Source of the DNA: Planctomycetota bacterium
GTDB lineage: Bacteria > Planctomycetota > Planctomycetia > Pirellulales > Pirellulaceae
Direction: 5' to 3'
Assembly: GCA_038520195.1 (NCBI GenBank)
Contig: JBCBLJ010000001.1
Location: 1 to 57,460 of the forward strand
DNA: 57,460 nucleotides
Shown here in pieces: positions 9,832 through 19,957 of this stretch. The notes beneath the pieces were generated by a model. That model saw only the letters and a program-made list of their open reading frames with translations, did no database searches and had not been told where the DNA came from. Numbering within the stretch: position 1 is the first letter of the stretch; each line of letters opens with the position of its first letter. Made by a program: the position numbers and the translations under genes.

Positions 9832-10443
9832 TCAGCCGATCGCGCGTTGATAGCTGAACAGGAATAGTCCTGAATGCAAAACGAGCGCACCGATGGCGAC
9901 CAGTCGGAGCCGGTTGGGAGAGTACATGCCGACGATGGAAAGGAGTGCGCCCAACATCGCGACGAGCACTCCCCCGGCGGGAAACCACCACGCACCCAGA
10001 CCCGCGAACATCGTGATCAGCACGGCCGAGACGGCGGCACCCATGGCGGTGTAGCGGTAGGGTCCCAAGTCGATATAGGCCCCTTCTCCGCTGGCGAATT
10101 GCTCCGCCAGTATCGCGGCCGGCTCGGTTCGAAAGGGAGAGCCTTCGCGGATCGGTTGATCATTGCTGGGGGCGGGAGCCGGAGTAGGGACGGCGTCGTC
10201 GCTTGCTACGGTCTCGAGCGGCGCGTCAAGTGACTCGGGGTCGAGCGTGTCGGTTTCCGCGAACAGATCCACATCCGCGTCCGCCTTGTCGACCGACTCG
10301 CTCACCAACTTGGCGACGAACACGGTCTCTTCGTCGACTTGAGCGTCGGTTGTCGCCTCGTCGGCAATTTCGGTCTGTTCACTGCGGTCGTCGGGTGACG
10401 ATTGCGGGTGCGAGTCGGGACGTTCGTTTTCAGATTCGTTCAT
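9832..10443 (-). CDS. Hypothetical membrane protein with acidic disordered N-terminus and about 3 C-terminal TM helices
   Basis: ATG at 10443 (MNESENERP); Asp/Glu-rich N-terminal half; hydrophobic C-terminal third. Confidence 0.7.
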   Translation of the reverse strand: MNESENERPDSHPQSSPDDRSEQTEIADEATTDAQVDEETVFVAKLVSESVDKADADVDLFAETDTLDPESLDAPLETVASDDAVPTPAPAPSNDQPIREGSPFRTEPAAILAEQFASGEGAYIDLGPYRYTAMGAAVSAVLITMFAGLGAWWFPAGGVLVAMLGALLSIVGMYSPNRLRLVAIGALVLHSGLFLFSYQRAIG

Positions 10444-10617
10444 CGAGTTGAAAGCGTTTCGGTGCGCCAACGGATTCAGGAGGAAACGGGCACAAATTGA
10501 AGCGTAACAACCTCGACCAAACTCCGTCCCTCCGACTATTCTAACGGGTCTGGTAGTGAGCCGCCGTGCCGGGTGTTTCTTCGGCGTCACAGTGCCCAAA
10601 AACGCCGCATGATCAGC

Positions 10618-13600
10618 ATGAGTCAATCAAATTCACGACCAATTTCAAGTGCCCGATTGATGGCGGGCGTCCTGATCGTCCTCGTCGCTGTGGCACGCGT
10701 TGACGCCGAGGAATCGAGCGCGAGCGACCCGTTGCCGCCCAAGGTGGCGGACGCCTCGAATGAGGCTCGGGATGCAATGTCGGCGATTCGCGTCCCGGAC
10801 GATTGGTCGATCGAGTTGTGGGCGGCCGAGCCCGATTGTGCCAACGTCGTCGCGCTCGACGTAGACCATCTTGGTCGGGTCTACGTTTGTGAGACGTTTC
10901 GTCAGAATCGAGGGGTGACCGACAATCGCGCCCATGATCGGGCCTGGGTTCTGGCGGACCTCTCGGCTTACACGGTGCAAGATCGGATCGATTATCACAA
11001 GCGTCTTCTGGGTGAAGCGGCGATCACTTACGCCCAACACGATGATCGGATCCGCCGCCTTTCGGACACCGATGGCGATGGCAAAGCCGACGAGAGTCTC
11101 GTGATTGCCAACGGATTCAATCGCTTGGAGGAAGGCACCGGTGCCGGTGTGTTGGCCGTCGGCAAAGATGTCTATTACACCTGCATCCCCAAGCTTTGGA
11201 AGCTCGTCGATTCCGATGGCGACGGGATCACCGACGAACGTGTTGTTTTGTCAGACGGGTACGGGGTGCGGGTTGCGTTCCGCGGTCATGATATGCACGG
11301 TCTCATCCGCGGGTACGACGGCCGCCTCTACTTCTCGATCGGCGATCGCGGATACAACGTCCGGACAGCCGATGGACGTGTGCTTGCAGACCCCGTTAGC
11401 GGCGCGGTGTTCCGATGTGAGCTCGACGGAAGCGGGTTAGAAGTCTTCGCGACGGGCCTTCGTAACCCTCAGGAATTAGCCTTCAACGATCAGGGCGATT
11501 GGTTTTCGGTCGACAACAATAGCGACAGCGGCGACAAGGCACGCATCGTCCATCTGCTACGCGATGGCGACTCAGGTTGGCGAATGTACTATCAGTACCT
11601 CGCCGATCGCGGGCCGTTCAATCGCGAGCGAACTTGGGAACCGGCTAACAGTGATCAGCCGGCTTCCATCGTGCCACCGGTGGCGAACTTTACCGACGGA
11701 CCGAGTGGATTGGCTTATTACCCCGGCACTGGATTTGGGGGACAGCTCAAAGACACCTTCTTGATTTGTGACTTCCGCGGCGGCGCGAGTAACAGTGGCA
11801 TCCGGTCCTTTCGTGTTCAGCCCAAAGGCGCGACGTATGAGTTAGTTTTCGATGACCAGCCGATTTGGACCTGCCTCGCGACCGACGTCGCTTTTGGCCC
11901 CGACGGCGCGCTGTATGTGTCGGATTGGGTCGATGGATGGGATGGCCTCGGAAAAGCGAGGGTGTATCGCATTCACCATCCCGAGCACGGTGACAGCGAA
12001 ATCGTTCGCGACGTCCAATCGTTGCTTTCCGGTGATTGGTCAACGTACGCCGTCGAACAGCTGCAAGCGGGACTCTCGCACGTGGATCGACGCGTTCGAC
12101 TGGAGAGTCAATGGGAGCTCGCCCTTCGCGGGGAGTCGAGCGTGTTGATGGCGACGCTCGGCGATGTGAAGGCCGGGACGACACCGCGGTTACATGCGCT
12201 TTGGGGCTTGGGTCAAGCAGCCCGCACCGGCACCGGCGGTGAAGGGGTGAAAGAATCGATCGAGATCGTTCTCGGTGACAACGACCCGGTCTTGCGGTCC
12301 GCCGCGGCGGTCATCATCGGTGAGCGCGGTTGGGTGACTTCCGCCAAGCAGCTCCGCGATCTGCTCACCAACGAGAGTCCTCGCGTCCGCTATCACGCCG
12401 CTGACGCTCTGGGTCGACTCGAAGACGCGAAGTCATTCGGCGCTTTGGTCAGTCTGCTCGACGGCGTGGACGCGGATGATCCGGCGATTCGGCACTCCGT
12501 CTCCACGGCTTTGTCGCGCGTCGCCGAAGCCGACACGCTCGCGTCGCTGGTCGATCATGAAAGCCCGACGGTTCGGCTCGCTGCCGTTGTCGCGCTCGGA
12601 AAACAGAGAAGCGCGGCGGTCACGAAGTTTTTAAAAGATTCCAACTCGGCCGTGGTGCTACAAGCGGCGCGCACCATCCATGATCTTCCGCTCAACTTTG
12701 CGATGAGCGATTTGGCCGCAGCCATCAAAACCAGGATCGATTCGTTGCCGCTCGCGAGGCGGATACTCAACGCGAATTTTCGGGTCGGAACCGAAACGAC
12801 CGCCGCAGCGCTTGCCGAGTTCGCGACGCGTTCGGACGCCAACGAGACGGCCCGAATCGAGGCCTTGCGAATGTTGGCGGATTGGAGCAAACCTGATCCG
12901 ATCGACCGAGTGCTGGGTGATTATCGCCCGCTCGAGGCGCGCGATCCGGCGATTGCGGCCGCCGCACTGGAGCCTCAGATCGACCTGCTGATGACGGCGT
13001 CCGAGCCCGTTCGATTGGAAGCCATCGAGACGGCATCACTGTTGGGCATCACCAAGATAGCGGGTGTCTTGGCACAACAGGTGGCCGACGCTGACCAAAG
13101 TGAAGCGACCCGTGCCAACGCGCTGACGGCAATGGCTCGGTTGCGGCCTGCGTCGGCGGCGAAGCTTGCGGCATCGTTTCCGCGTGAGACCCGCGGCGCC
13201 ATCGGCCTCGCCGCGATGAACGTGCTCGCCAAGCATGCGCTGGAGAGTCAGGTCGATCGGTTTGTGGGTGCGACCACCAACGGTGACTTGACGATTCGGC
13301 AACGGGCGTGGGATGTCTTAGCCGCCGTCAAGACCGCTCCGGCACAGCAGGCCATCGAAAACGCCGTCGCGGCCTACCTTGATGGTTCGCTGGACCCCAA
13401 AGTCCGCTTGAACGTTGTCGAAGCGGCGCAGGGGCGGTTGGCGCCGGTTCTGGCCGATCAACTTCGCACCAAGCAGAGTGACGTCGCAACTGCCGATGCA
13501 CTTGGGAAATGGCTTGATTCACTTCAAGGTGGCGATCCCCAGCGTGGCAGCGACCTGTTCTTCGGCAAGACCGAATTGTCGTGTGTGCGTTGTCACAAGG

Positions 13601-13977
13601 TCGATCGTGCTGGAGGCGAGGTCGGACCGAATCTCACTTTGATTGGCAAAGATCGGGACGCTCGCTATCTGCTGGAAGCGATTTGTCTGCCCGACGCGAC
13701 GATCGCCAAGGGCTACGAGACCGCCGTGATCGCCGACTTGGACGGCAACGTCCTTACCGGAATCGTGAAGACGGAGAACGACGAATTCATCGAACTGATC
13801 ATGGCCGATGGTTCGCAGAAGCAGATCGCGCAGCAGGACATCGAGCTGCGAAAGAAAGGCAAGTCGTCGATGCCGGCTGACTTGACCAAGCATCTGTCAC
13901 CTCGCGAACTCCGTGATCTGGTGGCTTACCTCGGCAGTCTCAAAGTGGACCCAAGGGCAGCCAGCGACGTTGAGTGA
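10618..13977 (+). CDS. PVC-type heme-binding protein (sorbosone-dehydrogenase-like propeller + HEAT repeats + cytochrome c)
   Basis: Signal peptide; propeller motifs DGRLYFSIGDRG, GLRNPQELAFND, FGPDGALYVSDW; HEAT-like repeats; C-terminal CVRCH, GPNL and SSMP. Start uncertain (10573-10660). Confidence 0.88.
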   Translation: MSQSNSRPISSARLMAGVLIVLVAVARVDAEESSASDPLPPKVADASNEARDAMSAIRVPDDWSIELWAAEPDCANVVALDVDHLGRVYVCETFRQNRGVTDNRAHDRAWVLADLSAYTVQDRIDYHKRLLGEAAITYAQHDDRIRRLSDTDGDGKADESLVIANGFNRLEEGTGAGVLAVGKDVYYTCIPKLWKLVDSDGDGITDERVVLSDGYGVRVAFRGHDMHGLIRGYDGRLYFSIGDRGYNVRTADGRVLADPVSGAVFRCELDGSGLEVFATGLRNPQELAFNDQGDWFSVDNNSDSGDKARIVHLLRDGDSGWRMYYQYLADRGPFNRERTWEPANSDQPASIVPPVANFTDGPSGLAYYPGTGFGGQLKDTFLICDFRGGASNSGIRSFRVQPKGATYELVFDDQPIWTCLATDVAFGPDGALYVSDWVDGWDGLGKARVYRIHHPEHGDSEIVRDVQSLLSGDWSTYAVEQLQAGLSHVDRRVRLESQWELALRGESSVLMATLGDVKAGTTPRLHALWGLGQAARTGTGGEGVKESIEIVLGDNDPVLRSAAAVIIGERGWVTSAKQLRDLLTNESPRVRYHAADALGRLEDAKSFGALVSLLDGVDADDPAIRHSVSTALSRVAEADTLASLVDHESPTVRLAAVVALGKQRSAAVTKFLKDSNSAVVLQAARTIHDLPLNFAMSDLAAAIKTRIDSLPLARRILNANFRVGTETTAAALAEFATRSDANETARIEALRMLADWSKPDPIDRVLGDYRPLEARDPAIAAAALEPQIDLLMTASEPVRLEAIETASLLGITKIAGVLAQQVADADQSEATRANALTAMARLRPASAAKLAASFPRETRGAIGLAAMNVLAKHALESQVDRFVGATTNGDLTIRQRAWDVLAAVKTAPAQQAIENAVAAYLDGSLDPKVRLNVVEAAQGRLAPVLADQLRTKQSDVATADALGKWLDSLQGGDPQRGSDLFFGKTELSCVRCHKVDRAGGEVGPNLTLIGKDRDARYLLEAICLPDATIAKGYETAVIADLDGNVLTGIVKTENDEFIELIMADGSQKQIAQQDIELRKKGKSSMPADLTKHLSPRELRDLVAYLGSLKVDPRAASDVE

Positions 13978-14104
13978 CCCGTTGGACGGCAATGGAAGTG
14001 TCGCCGTCTTCAATCGCGGGCTGGGTTCGACTGACCCGTGACCTCAACGCCTCGAAGCTGACCCGAGGCGGTCGTTCGCGAACATCTGCACGGTCGCGCG
14101 TCAC

Positions 14105-14845
14105 CTAGCCCTCGACCGGTGCCGCTTCGATCACGCTGTCGGCATAGCCCCGATACGCTTCGCCGATTTGGCGAGCCATAGAGTCGGGGAAGGCGTGGAA
14201 CGAACCGGTTGTCAGTGCTTCGATGATGGAGTCAGCAACGACGGACGGTGGTTCGCCACCCTCGAGACCCGCTTCGTCGGCCATGTCGGTCGCGATGGGA
14301 CCGGGGTGCACGCTGACGACGTCGACGCCAGCGTCGGCCCAAAGTGATCGCAGGCCCTGCGTGATCGAGTAGGACGCGGCTTTTGATGCGGAGTAGGTTG
14401 AAAAGCCCGCGAAGTTGAGGATCGACGCGACGGAGTTCAGTTGGACCAGTGCGCCGCCGCCGTTGCTCGTCAGCACCGGACCGAAGGCTTGAGCGACGCG
14501 GATCAGACCTTTGACATTCACGTCCATCTCGTAATCCAGCGCTTCGAAGGCGGCTTGATCCAGTGGTGTTGCCGTTCGCAACACACCGGCGTTATTGACC
14601 ACCAGCGTGACATCCTTGGCACGCTCGGCGGCGGCTTGGACGGTTTCTGGTCGCGAGAGATCCACTTCAATGGGAACCACTTTGTCACCGTGTTGCCGAA
14701 CGAGCGCGTCCGCACTCGCGACGTCTCGTACCGCCGCGTAGACCTTCGCGGCACCGGCAGAGACCAACCCGTCAACGATGGCTTTACCGATCCCTCGATT
14801 GGCACCGGTGACGAGCGCAACACTGTTTTTAACGACGTATGACAT
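14105..14845 (-). CDS. Short-chain dehydrogenase/reductase (SDR)
   Basis: [12 protein letters not shown], catalytic [14 protein letters not shown]. Confidence 0.93.
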   Translation of the reverse strand: MSYVVKNSVALVTGANRGIGKAIVDGLVSAGAAKVYAAVRDVASADALVRQHGDKVVPIEVDLSRPETVQAAAERAKDVTLVVNNAGVLRTATPLDQAAFEALDYEMDVNVKGLIRVAQAFGPVLTSNGGGALVQLNSVASILNFAGFSTYSASKAASYSITQGLRSLWADAGVDVVSVHPGPIATDMADEAGLEGGEPPSVVADSIIEALTTGSFHAFPDSMARQIGEAYRGYADSVIEAAPVEG

Positions 14846-14893
14846 GACTTTTCCTTTTTGGTTGTGGTGTTTGCCGATGCGGCGTGTGTCACC

Positions 14894-14980
14894 GATGTCA
14901 CGAGACGAACTTTCTTACCCCGGATCGCTGGAAAAAGGTTTTTCGCCAGGCACACGAAAGATCGAGTGATTTCCGGCGTC
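14894..14980. promoter_or_regulatory. Candidate pair of divergent ECF-type promoters
   Basis: Plus strand GAAAGA-N15-CGTC (14956-14980) faces trxA; minus strand GTAAGA-N15-CATC (14918-14894) faces the SDR. The spacing is identical, but the motifs are short. Confidence 0.3.
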
Positions 14981-15042
14981 CCAAACACGAACAAGAATCC
15001 TTTCCCAAATTGTCTGCCAAACGGCACAGAAGGAGAACAACC

Positions 15043-15357
15043 ATGTCTGTTCACCATGTCAGTTCAGAATCGTTTGAAAGCAACGTCTTGCATGCGGACG
15101 TCCCTACACTCGTTGATTTTTACGCCGATTGGTGCGGGCCTTGTCGTGCGATGTCCTCGGTGTTGGATGAAGTCGCCGATGAGTTCGGACAGGACGCCAA
15201 AGTCGTGAAAGTCAACATCGATGAGAGTCCCGAATTAGCTGCCCAGTACGGCGTGCGGTCGATCCCGACGTTCTTGGTTGTCCGCGACGGGCAGGTTCAG
15301 GATCAACTCGTGGGGGTCCAGTCGAAGGAGTCGCTTCACGCGGCGCTCGCGGGTTGA
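15043..15357 (+). CDS. trxA: Thioredoxin
   Basis: AGGAGA RBS before ATG 15043; LVDFYADWCGPC active site; YGVRSIPT. Confidence 0.95.
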   Translation: MSVHHVSSESFESNVLHADVPTLVDFYADWCGPCRAMSSVLDEVADEFGQDAKVVKVNIDESPELAAQYGVRSIPTFLVVRDGQVQDQLVGVQSKESLHAALAG

Positions 15358-15471
15358 CGAATGCGGATGGTGCATGGTGGTTAGAAGTCCCGATTAGATG
15401 TTATCCTCCTCGGATGGCGTTTTGACGGAGGGACTTCGCCGCCGATAAATGCACGCAAGAATGGTCAACTT

Positions 15472-16092
15472 GTGGAAAGTTTGCGACGCAGTGATGACGA
15501 TTGGATAACCGAGTTAGCATCCGAAGACGAGGTGATTCGTGACGCGGCCTTGGTTGATCTTGGGGACATGCTTCTGCGGGGTCTCTCCGCGAGCATGTCA
15601 AAGAGGGGCAAGGTAGACGATGCCTTCTTGGAAGATGTCGCTCAAGAGGCGTCTCTCAAGATTCTCAGTAAGCTCTCGACGTTTGAGCGTCGGAGCAAGT
15701 TTCGGACGTGGGCCGTGACGATTGCCGTCCGAACGGCCGTCAGCAACATGCGACGTCGCGAGTGGCAAAATGTTTCGCTCGAGGCGCTCACCGCGGATGC
15801 TCATTTTGACCCGAGCGTCCCGATGGGCAATCTCGACGCGGAGGAGGATCAGGCTCGGCGTTCGGAGATGTTTGCGACGCTTCACAAGCTTATTGAGAAT
15901 GAGCTCAGTGAGCGACAGTGGACGGCAATCACGGCTGAACTCCGTGGAATGCCACTCGCGGAGGTGGCGGAAAAACAGAACACGAACGCGAACGCGCTCT
16001 ACAAAGTTTTGCACGATGCTCGAAAAAAGTTGCGCCGAGGTCTTGAGGCGGCTGGGTTCACCATCGACGATGTTAAAGCGGCACTGAACTGA
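15472..16092 (+). CDS. ECF-type RNA polymerase sigma factor
   Basis: Region 2 EDVAQE...KLSTFERRSKFRTWAVTIAVR; region 4 LSERQ...PLAEVAEK..TNANALYKVLHDARKKLR. Confidence 0.9.
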   Translation: MESLRRSDDDWITELASEDEVIRDAALVDLGDMLLRGLSASMSKRGKVDDAFLEDVAQEASLKILSKLSTFERRSKFRTWAVTIAVRTAVSNMRRREWQNVSLEALTADAHFDPSVPMGNLDAEEDQARRSEMFATLHKLIENELSERQWTAITAELRGMPLAEVAEKQNTNANALYKVLHDARKKLRRGLEAAGFTIDDVKAALN

Positions 16093-16100
16093 GGCGAACG

Positions 16101-16346
16101 ATGGCACTAGACTCACAACAAGTCGGTTGGCTCCTGAACATGATTGTGGAGACCCACGATGCCGAATTGAGCTGCCCTCAGTGTGGTGAAATTCTCGATC
16201 AGTATGCGCAGCGAATCCTCGACGGCGAACCGATCGACGGTCTCATGGTGCTGGTGAAAGAACATCTGCAAGCTTGCTCGGGCTGCAACGATCAATACCA
16301 AATGATTCTCGACGCGCTCCAGGCGATTGAGTCTGACGCGGAGTAG
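16101..16346 (+). CDS. Small soluble zinc-binding anti-sigma factor (ZAS/zf-HC2-like)
   Basis: Starts 8 nt after the ECF stop; CPQC plus HLQACSGC (HxxxCxxC); no TM segment. Confidence 0.75.
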   Translation: MALDSQQVGWLLNMIVETHDAELSCPQCGEILDQYAQRILDGEPIDGLMVLVKEHLQACSGCNDQYQMILDALQAIESDAE

Positions 16347-16364
16347 CAAGCTCCGGTGACCGGT

Positions 16365-19300
16365 TCAGGATTCGTCGCGGAGCAGTTGGGCGATTTTCGG
16401 ACGCTGTTTCTGAATCTCTTCCAGATCGAGATTCAAGTTCGCCGAATCACTGATGGCCTGATAAAAGCCAGCGAGTTCTTCGGTCCATTCGGAGGTTACG
16501 ACGTCGACCGGAGTCTGGCCACGTCGGTTCTTTTTGGACACTGTTCCACCTTTGTCGACGAGCAATTTGACGAAGTCTTCGCGACACAAAAACGCCGCGA
16601 CATGGAGTGGCGAGTTGCCGTCGCGGTTTTCGCCGTTCACGTTCGCTCCCCGCCGAATCAGGACTTCGGCTATCGCGCGACGGCCGTGAAGCGCGGCATG
16701 GCTGAGAGGTGTCGAACCCGTTCGTGGTTCCTGGTCATTGACGCGCCGCTGTTGCTGTCGACGATTTAGATGACGACGAACGGCATGCACGTCGTCCTCG
16801 GCGATGGCTTGGGCGATCGACTCCCGAATGTCCATGTCTTCGACCCGCCGACTCTCCACTAGGGCTTCGGCCGCCTCGGCTGAATCAACGACGTGAAAGA
16901 GGAAGTCGTTGCTGAACGCGCCACCCGGATTCTGAAGTTGAAGCAGGTGTCTGCCATCATCGGGCAGCGATGCCAATTCGATCTCAATCGACTCGTCATC
17001 CGCCACTGCCACCGTCGCCGCGACACGTCTGCCGTCGACAATCACGTGCGCCTCCGAATCGACATGACGACCGCTCAGAACCATCACGCGTGAGTGTGGA
17101 TGCAGGATCGGAAACTCCTGGTGTCCGCGTTGCTGTTCGATCGGTCCTAGCGTCCAGAGCGCCGGTTGCGGGTGCTGGGGTCCGCACGCGTCGCCGTGGC
17201 GAGCGCTAAACGTTCCGACGAACTTCCCTTCGGCGGCAAGGGCGATCAGCGTTTCGCGACTCATTCTCTTGGAAGGGTCTTCCTTGACCAAATACGATCC
17301 GTCGAAGAACTGTAACTGGATGGGTTGAGAGTCTTTCCCGAGCAGAACTCCGTCGGCCTCGAGAACGATGGACTGTTCGGTCGCGGCCATTTCAAGCGCG
17401 TCCAACAGGTCCGCCGTCAGCGGTTGATCCGCTGTCGATTGGTTGAGCGTCATCTGCCGTGCGAAGGCACCTGACACGCCCGTACTGCCTTCGAGAACCA
17501 TGTCCCAGATGGGGTCAAAACGCTGCTGCCCTTGCCAAGAGAATTGCCAGATCTTTTTTTCGGGGGCGCCCTCTTCGGCGACGCGGTGGTAGAAATCGAA
17601 CTCGACGATGTTCAATCGACCTTGCGGCAGGATCAGGTATCGATCGTTCGCGCCACGCCACGTGGGCGCGTCCATGCCGGTACCCGGGGTATTGGTACTG
17701 ACCAGAAATGGCATCCGGTGGCAATCACCGCAAACGTTTGGTTTGGGTTTTTCATCGTGGTGGCCCTTGATATGAAAGAGCTCAAAGCCATCGCTGGCAC
17801 GATTCGACACGACGTTGGTATAGGCACGCTTTTGCGCCGGCGGGTATGGGACGCAAAGAAGGAACTTGGCCATCTCGTCGCGCTGGGTTGCGGTGAATGC
17901 ACCGCTCTTACCCTCATCGTTGATCGTCTTGTCGCCGACGGCTTGCATCGTCGACGCGAGTCCACCGTCGATCAGGTGGCGCGTGGTGCTCTCGGGACGA
18001 TCGGGGTCACTGTTGGGTGCGACGGAGCCATAAACGTTGGCACTGTTGTTTCCACCGTAGGGGTCGCCAGGGATCCCATCCCAGTGAAAAGGTGCGGTGT
18101 CGCGTAGCCCGCGGATCGGCATCGTCGAGCGTGGCATGATTTGATTGCCGCCGGTGACCACGGGAGTCTTCAGCACCCAGAGCAATTGATCGGTGTGTCC
18201 GTCAGGGTGGCAGCTCGCACACGAGTAGGTCCCCGTCGTCGATGCATCGGCGTCGTTAAACCAGGTGCGTCCGAGTTTGACATCGCGGTCGGTTGGATCT
18301 TCCAATGCAAGAAACCCGGTGACGCGGGGTTCCGTGAGGTCGGAGAGATCGATCACCGAAACGGTGTTCGCGACGGCGTTGTAGACCCACGCCGACGTCG
18401 CTTGGCCGTCTTCATCATGTTGCAACGCCACGCCTCGCGGGACGGCTCCGACGGAGATTCGACCGAGGACTTGACCGCTTTCGGCATCGACGGTGAATAG
18501 CTTGTCGGACCCAGCAGCGGTGACCACGAGTGTTTGATCGTCGTTTGTCACCTGAATACCAAACGGCGTTGCCAGAGCTTGACCCGGTTCGGGTTGATTC
18601 GGCGGCAGTGGTTCCAGTTCGAAGAATTCAGCCGTGCGCGGCGTACCGTCGGTAACGTGGACTTTGGTAATTTGGTTCAAGAAGGCACGGTTCTCGAGTT
18701 CAGCCAAGCCGTGCTTTTTCGTCCCGGATCGCCCGTTGGCATGGTTGCGGGCATCGGTCTGAGCCACAAACACGTTGCCTTTGGAGTCCACGGTCATTCC
18801 ATAGAGCAGTGTTCCCAGCGTGTCGACGGTTTCGATCAACTCATCGGTCGCGGTGTCGAAAACGAACAAGTCTTTGTCGGGGACGTCGGGGTGCTTCACG
18901 ATGTCGACGACATGCCCCAGCGACAGCACGTTGTTGTGAAGAATCGAGTGTTGCCATGCGTCGAAGGTGACGAGGTCTCCATCGATTTCATTTCGTGAAC
19001 CACCCGAGAGTTGAGTCTTGTTGTTCGACTCAAAGGGGACCACATAAAGCCGATCGCCTTTGACGACGATCGAACGCGGATCTTGTGCGGCGATGGAAAG
19101 CCGTTTGGTGATGGTCCGCTCGGCGACATCGATGACGGCGACCTCATTCTCCGAGGAAAGGGCAACGTAGGCTTTTTCGTTACCTGCAAAGGCAATGCCG
19201 ACGGGCTCATCGAAGCGGGTCGCTTTGGTTTCCTGATCGAATGCTTGAATCGTTGCGATGACTTGCAGGTGTGTCGCGCTGGTCGGATCGGTGTCGATGA

Positions 19301-19670
19301 CACTCACCGAATCGGAAACATGGTTCGACACCCAAACTTCTTTGGTATCGGGCCGGACCGCGATGCTGACGGGGTCGACGCCGACGTTGATTCGGTGCGC
19401 GAGTTCACGCGACCGTTTCTCGATAACATCGACGGTGTCCGACTGAGTGTTGACGACAAACACGTGTTCGTTGCAGACGGCAATCGGCTTGCTGTGCGGA
19501 CTGGCAAAGAAGGGGTGGCCGACGGGCGACGGTGCGACGACGTCTGTGGCGCCGCGATGCGGTGCATCGCGACGGGCAGGCGCGGGCCGCGACTCGTTTT
19601 CCAAGGGCGCGAAAAGGGCCGAGCCCACGAGGAGGATCGCCGAAACCGTAAAAAGGGTCGACCGTCTCAT
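16365..19670 (-). CDS. Secreted YVTN-type beta-propeller / di-heme cytochrome c protein with C-terminal ankyrin repeats
   Basis: Signal peptide; YVTN-like blades (VVNTQSDTVDVI, VSNHVSDSVSVID); heme motifs CASCH and CGDCH; ankyrin repeats GSTPLSHAA, GNSPLHVAA and GQTPVDV. Confidence 0.82.
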   Translation of the reverse strand: MRRSTLFTVSAILLVGSALFAPLENESRPAPARRDAPHRGATDVVAPSPVGHPFFASPHSKPIAVCNEHVFVVNTQSDTVDVIEKRSRELAHRINVGVDPVSIAVRPDTKEVWVSNHVSDSVSVIDTDPTSATHLQVIATIQAFDQETKATRFDEPVGIAFAGNEKAYVALSSENEVAVIDVAERTITKRLSIAAQDPRSIVVKGDRLYVVPFESNNKTQLSGGSRNEIDGDLVTFDAWQHSILHNNVLSLGHVVDIVKHPDVPDKDLFVFDTATDELIETVDTLGTLLYGMTVDSKGNVFVAQTDARNHANGRSGTKKHGLAELENRAFLNQITKVHVTDGTPRTAEFFELEPLPPNQPEPGQALATPFGIQVTNDDQTLVVTAAGSDKLFTVDAESGQVLGRISVGAVPRGVALQHDEDGQATSAWVYNAVANTVSVIDLSDLTEPRVTGFLALEDPTDRDVKLGRTWFNDADASTTGTYSCASCHPDGHTDQLLWVLKTPVVTGGNQIMPRSTMPIRGLRDTAPFHWDGIPGDPYGGNNSANVYGSVAPNSDPDRPESTTRHLIDGGLASTMQAVGDKTINDEGKSGAFTATQRDEMAKFLLCVPYPPAQKRAYTNVVSNRASDGFELFHIKGHHDEKPKPNVCGDCHRMPFLVSTNTPGTGMDAPTWRGANDRYLILPQGRLNIVEFDFYHRVAEEGAPEKKIWQFSWQGQQRFDPIWDMVLEGSTGVSGAFARQMTLNQSTADQPLTADLLDALEMAATEQSIVLEADGVLLGKDSQPIQLQFFDGSYLVKEDPSKRMSRETLIALAAEGKFVGTFSARHGDACGPQHPQPALWTLGPIEQQRGHQEFPILHPHSRVMVLSGRHVDSEAHVIVDGRRVAATVAVADDESIEIELASLPDDGRHLLQLQNPGGAFSNDFLFHVVDSAEAAEALVESRRVEDMDIRESIAQAIAEDDVHAVRRHLNRRQQQRRVNDQEPRTGSTPLSHAALHGRRAIAEVLIRRGANVNGENRDGNSPLHVAAFLCREDFVKLLVDKGGTVSKKNRRGQTPVDVVTSEWTEELAGFYQAISDSANLNLDLEEIQKQRPKIAQLLRDES

Positions 19671-19957
19671 CGTCTGTCCGTGCGTGGTGGGAGGAGGAGG
19701 GGCGGCAATGCCGTCTGGAACTTACTGCCGCAGCGGCGCAATTTACCGAAAATCCTTCGCAAACGTCCCAAGCACAGCCAATCGCCAGGAAGAATTCGTC
19801 AAAGCAGGGAGCTTGACTACCAAAGGCAGGGTAACCAGGGATGCCTTTTCGATGCGTGCGACCCGTGATTTGACCGGCTAATATGGGCTCAGGGCATCGA
19901 TGGACGGTGCCGGTGCACCGCTCTCGCTCATTCGCATCCGCTTCGACAAGTGATCCG

